Notes under the pieces: generated by a model
Database searches by the model: none
Told to the model about the DNA's origin: nothing
The model's input: the letters and a program-made list of their open reading frames with translations, nothing else
NCBI GenBank assembly: GCA_963736855.1
Contig: CAVTQK010000006.1
Span: forward strand, 79,328-143,327
Reading direction: 5' to 3'
DNA length: 64,000 nucleotides
Source: an uncultured delta proteobacterium
GTDB lineage: Bacteria > Desulfobacterota > Desulfobacteria > Desulfobacterales > UBA2156
Shown: piece by piece, positions 63,158 to 64,000 of the stretch
How positions within the stretch are numbered: the stretch's first letter is position 1
How the letters are laid out: every line of letters begins with the position of its first letter
Position numbers and translations under genes: made by a program

Positions 63158-64000
63158 ATGGGATCAACTATGGCACAGAAAGAAGTCATTAAAATCGGGG
63201 GAAAGAAGAAGAGCAAGTTCTTGGACAAAGTCAGGGAGATCCTTCCTGAAGAAGGACACCTGAACATGTGTCTGACGTGTGGGCTCTGTTCCTCGGGATG
63301 CCCTGCGACAGGGTTGGAAGGGCTTGATCCGAGGAAAGTGCTTCGCATGGCTGCTCTTGGAATGGATGAAGAATTGTTAAGCACTACAATGGGCATGGAT
63401 GTGCAGTATGTGCTGGCGATGTATGGTCGCATGCCCTATGAAAATCGATATCCCACAATTGGTCTTTAATATGCGGAAAAGCTGGCCTAGTAGAAACTCG
63501 ACCCAAAGGCATATTAGGTTCATGTGATATGGCGTTAAGAAGCGATACGTGTAGCGCCATGGGAGCGACTGAAGAAGATTTTGAATTTGTTGTCAATGAT
63601 GTGCTGGAAGAATATCGGGAAGGACAACCTGAACTTGCAGAAATGCAGGCTCCCATCAACAAGCAGGGTGCAGAATTTTTCTTGAATCAGAATTCAAGAG
63701 AGCCGGTTACAGAACCCGACGAAATGGTTCCGCTATGGAAAATCCTTCATCTGGTTGGCGCAGATTGGACATATGGAACCAAAGGCTGGGCTGCGGAAAA
63801 CTATTGTTTATTCATAGCAGATGACGAGGGCTGGAAGCATATTGTCCAGGTCAAAGCAAAAGCGGTAGATGATCTGGGCTGTAAAGTCTGGCTCAATACG
63901 GAGTGAGGGCACGAACTATTTGCAGTCCGGGCTGGACTGAAAAAATTCAACATTCCTTACAAGTTTGAAATCAAAAGCATCATTCAATATTATGCGCAAT
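63158..64000 (+). CDS. HdrD/DsrK/GlpC-family Fe-S oxidoreductase (partial, runs off the window), two frame breaks and a TGA (Sec candidate) at 63904
   Basis: The first CxxCxxCxxxCP motif (CLTCGLCSSGCP) is in frame 63158. The second (CSMCWRCMVACP) is in the +1 frame from about 63381. The remainder (VETRPKGILGSCDMALRS...DDLGCKVWLNTE-TGA-GHELFAV...) is in a further +1 frame from about 63480. The frame stays open for 31 codons after the TGA to the window end. Confidence 0.5.
63919..63942 (+). promoter_or_regulatory. Candidate SECIS hairpin for TGA 63904
   Basis: UUU-G-CAGUCC-GGGCU-GGACUG-AAA, with a perfect 6-bp core stem, starting 12-16 nt after the TGA. Folded by hand only. Confidence 0.4.

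Noticed and set aside
63519-63527. TGA at 63525 ending the frame ...QRHIRFM* considered as another Sec codon
   Set aside because: The peptide before it has no homology to Fe-S proteins. The adjacent frame gives a continuous HdrD-like sequence, so this is a frameshift artefact and not recoding.

Overview
This is a 64-kb chromosomal segment that looks like an anaerobic deltaproteobacterial (Desulfobacterota-type) genome. That assignment is an inference from gene content only (HdrA/MvhD/MetFV, TGA-selenocysteine candidates, T2SS layout). All calls rest on hand translation and motif recall, with no database search.

Layout:
- 0-2.4 kb: a double-propeptide lipoprotein and a frame-broken S8 subtilase.
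- 2.5-15.7 kb: a complete type II secretion cluster in the order gspF-G-H-I-J-K-L-M-N-C-D-E plus a TPR protein.
- 15.7-21.6 kb: a CoA-transferase, then ftsK, rnj and plsC.
- 22.3-25 kb: a TPP riboswitch driving thiM-thiE-thiL.
- 25.3-31.6 kb (minus strand): surE, an OB/HD nuclease, tmk, a CysK::CysRS-like fusion, an unknown protein and a ferredoxin.
- 32-37.8 kb: lptD, a heptose-type sugar cluster and a NusG paralog.
- 37.9-43.1 kb: holB, ricT, metG and a PBP.
- 43.2-49.3 kb: a DegT aminotransferase, an Fe-ADH and a 1247-aa GlmS-like giant.
- 49.3-55.8 kb: a HEAT-repeat protein, a methyltransferase, an AmmeMemoRadiSam radical SAM enzyme, uspA and metV-metF.
- 55.9-57.9 kb: nested dead IS fragments (IS256-like, IS110, IS3).
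- 58.3-64 kb: a lower-GC block encoding a giant HdrA-GltD-HdrA fusion, an MvhD homolog and an HdrD/DsrK-like gene.

Most interesting observations:
- The last block carries three in-frame TGA codons at conserved Cys positions, each followed by a hairpin. These are selenocysteine candidates that the ORF track misses.
- The same block has an unusual density of 1-nt frame breaks.
- A 191-bp MITE has terminal inverted repeats and a 5-bp target duplication, and a paralogous empty site lies 10 kb away.
- The CysRS-like domain has lost its class-I signature motifs.

No rRNA, tRNA or CRISPR array was seen.
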